A stretch of 20,000 nucleotides of DNA, from the IMG/VR virus record IMGVR_UViG_3300044641_009318, one strand, 5' to 3'. Below, piece by piece: positions 16,241 to 20,000 of this stretch. The notes under the pieces were generated by a model. That model saw nothing but the letters and a program-made list of their open reading frames with translations, was not told the DNA's origin and did not search any database. The position numbers and the translations under genes are program-made. Each line of letters begins with the position of its first letter. The first letter of the stretch is position 1. The DNA is from an uncultured virus (IMG/VR IMGVR_UViG_3300044641_009318) (lineage: Duplodnaviria > Heunggongvirae > Uroviricota > Caudoviricetes).

Positions 16241-17122
16241 ATGCACAACAAATTAATAGTGGGACAGACTCCCTTGTTGCCCTTAGATATCGACGGAGTA
16301 AGAATATGGGGAAAGGCAGAGTTTATGAATCCATCGGGTTCCATCAAGGACAGGCCTATGAGCAATATCATAAAAAGGGCGATGGAGAACAACCTATTAA
16401 AAAGTGGGGGTACACTTGTGGAGGCAACATCAGGAAATGCAGGGATTTCTTTTGCTATGTTCTGTGCGATGTATGGTATTAAATGTGTGATTGTTATGCC
16501 ATCGAATATGAGTGAGGAAAGAAAACAAATGTTACGACTATATGGTGCTGAACTAATAGAGGTGGGGGCAGGAAATTTCGATGGTGCAATAAGATTAAGA
16601 AATGAATTGGCTGAAGATAATGGATGGTTCAATGGTAATCAATTTGCATCACAGTGGAACATAGAGGCACACAGAGAAGGAACGGGAGTAGAATTACTTT
16701 ATCAATGTGACAACAATTGTTTTATCCCTACGGCATTTGTTGCGGGTACGGGAACAGGAGGTACACTAATGGGTGCAGGAGAAACTCTAAAGAATTATTA
16801 TCCCGATATGGATATAGTTGCTGTGGAACCTGCAGAGTCTCCTGTAATGAGTGGAGGAGAGCCAGGACTACATGGTATACAAGGAATAGGAGATGGTTCA
16901 AAGTTCTTGGTGGATTTAAAAATGGTGGATAAGATTATCACAATAAAGACCAATGATGCGAAGGAGATGTCCAAAAGACTTACAAAGGAATATGGATTGT
17001 TTGTAGGTATAAGCGCCGCAGCTAACGTATTGGGTTCACTAAGATATTCACAAGACACGGGTAAAGAAGATATCTTAACTATTCTATGTGATAGGGGAGA
17101 AAGATATCTTAGTTGTTTATAA
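16241..17122 (+). CDS. cysK: Cysteine synthase (O-acetylserine sulfhydrylase, CysK/CysM family)
   Basis: GQTPL, KAEFMNPSGSIKDR (PLP Lys), EATSGNAG, GTGTGGT, HGIQGIG, GLFVGIS, DRGERYLS. Confidence 0.93.
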   Translation: MHNKLIVGQTPLLPLDIDGVRIWGKAEFMNPSGSIKDRPMSNIIKRAMENNLLKSGGTLVEATSGNAGISFAMFCAMYGIKCVIVMPSNMSEERKQMLRLYGAELIEVGAGNFDGAIRLRNELAEDNGWFNGNQFASQWNIEAHREGTGVELLYQCDNNCFIPTAFVAGTGTGGTLMGAGETLKNYYPDMDIVAVEPAESPVMSGGEPGLHGIQGIGDGSKFLVDLKMVDKIITIKTNDAKEMSKRLTKEYGLFVGISAAANVLGSLRYSQDTGKEDILTILCDRGERYLSCL

Positions 17123-17134
17123 GCTGATACACAA

Positions 17135-17161
17135 GACCCTCACATTAAAGTGGGGGTTTTT
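17135..17161 (+). terminator. Conserved hairpin repeat copy 4
   Basis: GACCCTCAC-ATTAAA-GTGGGGGTT followed by TTT. Confidence 0.8.
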
Positions 17162-17173
17162 ATATTTATCAAT

Positions 17174-17659
17174 ATGAGATTATTAGACAGTATCAAATCC
17201 ATATTATCTGAGGATATAGAGTGGAAAGATGGTGGTTATGATTACCAACATGGATTCTGTCATTACTTTGCCTACGATATAATAGGAAGACTAAGGAAAC
17301 TATATCCTGAGAGGAATATTAGGTATTACATATTATTAGGGAGTGAATATGAAGAGGGTGACCCTAACTCAATACAAGACTATTTGATTCACGTATACAT
17401 TGCTATAGACAATTATCTATTAGATTCCAATGGATTCACCACGGAGGAAGAAGCTGAGAAAAGATTAGAAGAGTGGGAAGAAAGACAATATACATTAATT
17501 CCTGATGACTATGAATTAGTTGTGGATATTCAAGAGTCAAATGAAATACCCGAGATGTTCTTTAACAATAAGTTCTGTAATACAAAGACAGTAAGACAAG
17601 ATGTAAAGAAGTTTCTATCTCATCCTGAAGTAAGAGAACTATTACAAGTATTTTCGTAA
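17174..17659 (+). CDS. Hypothetical protein with a putative Cys-His-Asp (papain/transglutaminase-like) triad
   Basis: ATATTTAT at 17162-69; MRLLDSIKSILSE leader; HGFCHYFAY...HVYI...LLDSNG. Confidence 0.6.
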   Translation: MRLLDSIKSILSEDIEWKDGGYDYQHGFCHYFAYDIIGRLRKLYPERNIRYYILLGSEYEEGDPNSIQDYLIHVYIAIDNYLLDSNGFTTEEEAEKRLEEWEERQYTLIPDDYELVVDIQESNEIPEMFFNNKFCNTKTVRQDVKKFLSHPEVRELLQVFS

Positions 17660-17762
17660 TGGACAATCAGTTCATTCAGTTCGGGTGGTGGGTGAAGACA
17701 CTAAAGTGTCTCACCACCCTTCACTTCACTCTCTGATTCCCCATTACTATATTTAACTCCTT

Positions 17763-17897
17763 ATGAAGATACTAATAGACATCCTTACAATTACCATATT
17801 CACAGTAGGTGTTGTCACCACAATAGAATGGTTACTGAATCTACCTGGCAAACTTCTCAGAGTATATTACGATAAGTTTCACAAGCCAAGGAAATAA
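17763..17897 (+). CDS. 44-aa hydrophobic peptide with basic C-terminus
   Basis: MKILIDILTITIFTVGVVTTIEWLLNLPGKLLRVYYDKFHKPRK; TATATTTA just upstream. Confidence 0.55.
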   Translation: MKILIDILTITIFTVGVVTTIEWLLNLPGKLLRVYYDKFHKPRK

Positions 17898-18506
17898 TCC
17901 CCCCCATTTCAGGTCCCCCCATCTACGACAGACACAAGAGTAGGTGATTGTTTATACGAAGTGGGGGGATGTTACAGACAAGGGGACTATCGTCCCACAA
18001 TTTCCCACATCCATTTGTCGTATATTATGTACCCTCACCTGTCATCTTTACTGACACCCTTACGGGAATATAAGAGATGATAGTGTGTTCTTTTACTTGT
18101 GTCACCTGACTGTGTGTCATACGAAGGGTCAAATAATAACCCATTCTATGGTCTAATCGACCACCCGTTGAAGGAGATTGCATCTCTCCCGCCCCTTATG
18201 ACTGTTACTTCCTTTTTTTGCTGGAGTTTTTAATACCTAAAAAAGTGGTCTTCCTGATACTGTCAGGGGGGATTTTATACCACTCACTATAGCAACAGAA
18301 CCATTTCGGTGGTATAAAGTGGGGGATAGTGGTAGATGGTGTTTCCTCTAAATGGGGGGAAAGGGATTGTGTCGTGTGTCAACCGACCTGACATTCTGTC
18401 AAAAATCCAAGTTCCAACACCAACTGACAACCCCCCATTTCTACCTGACACTATGACAGGGGAGGTTTTCCCTTTACAATTCACACACAAATTATATGTT
18501 CCACTT

Positions 18507-18761
18507 ATGGATTTTATTACCCCCAAGGTAGAACCACTCTCTAAGGATATGTATAGGATAGAACTTTTCTCATCTAACGGGGGGGAATACTATGGTGTTC
18601 TCTTTTATGAGAGGGCTAAAAGGGGGTACAATAATAAACCCATCACCAAGGGATGGACCTGTGTCGATGCTAAGATACAACAAAAGTTTTACACTGACAA
18701 CCCTGAGGTTACTCCACTACAGGTTCTTCAGTGGGGGATGTCTCTTGTCAATCAACAATAA
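18507..18761 (+). CDS. 84-aa hypothetical protein
   Basis: MDFITPKVEPLSKDMYRIELF...; internal ATG preferred over 18336 because the extension runs through repeat motifs. Confidence 0.5.
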   Translation: MDFITPKVEPLSKDMYRIELFSSNGGEYYGVLFYERAKRGYNNKPITKGWTCVDAKIQQKFYTDNPEVTPLQVLQWGMSLVNQQ

Positions 18762-18890
18762 GTTATTAACAATATTTGGCAGTGTCAAATATAACGAGTA
18801 CCTTTCAAGATTTTACAATCTTGTTTCACGGGTGGTCGTGGGTGGGAAGCATCAACCCCCCAAGTCAAGATAAAATATTTATCCCCCACG

Positions 18891-18922
18891 TTTGGTGGAT
18901 TAAAATGTTTGCCCTATATTTG
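18891..18922 (+). promoter_or_regulatory. Bacteroidota housekeeping-sigma promoter
   Basis: TTTG (18891-94), 20-nt spacer, TATATTTG (18915-22), ATG at 18927. Confidence 0.75.
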
Positions 18923-18926
18923 TTCT

Positions 18927-19022
18927 ATGGAAGACATCATACTCTTTGTGGCTCTCGGACTCCTTGTCCTATTTGTCGGGGGGGTTGCCTACTTCCTAAT
19001 TAATAACATCGACGACCTATGA
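18927..19022 (+). CDS. 31-aa single-TM peptide
   Basis: MEDIILFVALGLLVLFVGGVAYFLINNIDDL; consensus promoter upstream. Confidence 0.6.
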   Translation: MEDIILFVALGLLVLFVGGVAYFLINNIDDL

Positions 19023-19102
19023 ACTTCGCATATCTCATCGGGGTAATACCCATAGTCATACTCATCGCAGCTATCCTCACCACACAAGGGGACAAAAAGT
19101 AA
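19019..19102 (+). CDS. 27-aa single-TM peptide
   Basis: MNFAYLIGVIPIVILIAAILTTQGDKK; ATGA overlap with the previous ORF. Confidence 0.55.
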   Translation: MNFAYLIGVIPIVILIAAILTTQGDKK

Positions 19103-19115
19103 CACAGGGAAGCTC

Positions 19116-19296
19116 GGGGAGGGGGGAGATAGCAATCTGACCTTGGGGGTGGGGGTACACCCCCATATACCCCCCCTCCCCCTCAGGTATCCCCCCCTAC
19201 TACCCCCTTTATAGGGTCAAAACCACGTACAATCACAAAAACAAACCGATTGGAAATTTCTGGAAAATTTTCTGGAAAAATTTTTGAGAAATTTTT
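19116..19296. other. G-tract/C-tract inverted element followed by phased A/T palindromes (candidate packaging site, origin or genome end)
   Basis: GGGGAGGGGGG (19116-26) pairs with CCCCCCTCCCC (19171-81); TGGAAATTTC-TGGAAAATTTTC-TGGAAAAATTTTT at 19251-19285; function inferred. Confidence 0.45.
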
Positions 19297-19318
19297 ATTT
19301 ATGTTTATTATTAAACAT

Positions 19319-20000
19319 ATGGAGAATATCATCATTATTGGGACATACCCGAACACTACATTTAGGGAGGATTTATTAAGGTCGTGCATTGAACAAATGC
19401 GTAATCTCGAAATGGATATTATGTTGGTTAGTCACTATCCAATCCCAACTGACATTCAATCCTCTGTGGATTATGTTGTTTATGATAAAAACAACTCCAT
19501 GGTTTCTTCGGAATGTACTCCGAAAATTGTGGTAAAGAGTCAAGATTTTGTTTTAACAAAATTTAACGAAGGTCATATATTAGCGGTTTCAAATAACATT
19601 ATCAACGGAATCAGTTCTGCTCACATCCATGGGTATAATAATTTTATTTATTTGGAGTATGATAATATTTTTCATCCTGAAGATTTAGTTAAGTTAAAAA
19701 ATTTGTTGTTGTCCATGAGAACATTGAATAAACAAATGTTTTATTTTAAAGAAGAAATTCAATCAGGTTTCGAGGGATATGACACTATAATTTTTGGTGG
19801 TGGTGTAAAATATTTTGTTGAAAACAATCAATTCCCTAAAATTGAATCGGACTTAGAGAACCAAGCTTTGTCCTTGGAACGTTTTGTGTTTTGGAAACAT
19901 CACAAAGTTGAACAGGATTTTTATATTATTCCATATTCCAGTTCGAGTTATTTTAACAAAAGTAAAATCAACTTGGAGTTTAAAAAGTATTTTGCCGAAG
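19319..20000 (+). CDS. Putative glycosyltransferase-like protein, paralog of 12042-12992 (partial, runs off window)
   Basis: Hand translation MENIIIIGTYP...IMLVSHYPIPTDIQSSVDYVVYD...YYLEYDN, open to the window end. Confidence 0.7.
   Translation, partial: MENIIIIGTYPNTTFREDLLRSCIEQMRNLEMDIMLVSHYPIPTDIQSSVDYVVYDKNNSMVSSECTPKIVVKSQDFVLTKFNEGHILAVSNNIINGISSAHIHGYNNFIYLEYDNIFHPEDLVKLKNLLLSMRTLNKQMFYFKEEIQSGFEGYDTIIFGGGVKYFVENNQFPKIESDLENQALSLERFVFWKHHKVEQDFYIIPYSSSSYFNKSKINLEFKKYFAE

Noticed and set aside
15..17058. Shadow ORFs of the track (e.g. 15-257, 937-1140, 2079-2360, 7014-7361, 8894-9196, 9856-10215, 16228-16632, 16798-17058)
   Set aside because: Antisense or out-of-frame overlaps of better-supported genes, with no recognisable motifs
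11953..17161. Hairpin repeats as a CRISPR array
   Set aside because: Copies are 1-3 kb apart and separated by whole genes; no regular spacers and no cas genes
18336..18506. 5' extension of ORF 18336-18761 and overlapping ORFs 18287-18526, 18592-18873, 18776-19003
   Set aside because: They run through repeat motifs or a consensus promoter, with G/P-rich non-protein-like translation; better explained by ATG 18507 and the micro-ORFs
17660..19310. tRNA genes or a known riboswitch in the non-coding region
   Set aside because: No cloverleaf with T-loop GTTCRA and acceptor stem could be built by eye; tRNAscan/Infernal would be needed to exclude fully
19183..19389. Minus-strand 68-aa ORF
   Set aside because: Antisense to the GT-like gene and reads through the A/T ladder and C-tracts
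1..20000. Stop-codon recoding as seen in some large phages
   Set aside because: Recognisable genes are full-length in code 11, and TAG/TGA act as stops (e.g. 9299, 11943, ATGA overlaps)

Overview
AT-rich, gene-dense 20-kb segment that most likely comes from a large (jumbo-class) tailed phage infecting a Bacteroidota host. This is an inference from many short orphan ORFs, scattered auxiliary genes, no Shine-Dalgarno motifs, TTTG-N20/21-TAnnTTTG promoters, Gln-after-signal-peptide proteins and a T9SS-like C-terminus. Layout: (1) 1-4622, a tightly coupled operon of exported/membrane proteins with two CsgG/HfaB-like paralogs, an N/S/G/Q-rich protein with a beta-barrel-like end and a NIDO/dockerin-like protein, followed by a NucA-type nuclease. 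(2) 5.2-9.6 kb, small genes on both strands (HEXXH peptidase, SPOR protein, holin-like protein, several proteins with a shared I/L-x-E N-terminal leader behind a RTATTTAT motif). (3) 9.6-17.7 kb, auxiliary genes: DenV-like glycosylase, cyclophilin, methyltransferase, cupin PMI, a GT-like/Kce/acetyltransferase/mini-DegT cassette and cysteine synthase, punctuated by a conserved hairpin repeat. (4) 17.7-19.3 kb, a largely non-coding, motif-dense region (TGACA clusters, G/C tracts, phased A/T palindromes, tiny membrane-peptide ORFs) that is a candidate origin, packaging site or genome end. (5) A second GT-like gene running off the window. All family calls are from motif recognition by eye; no database search was run.
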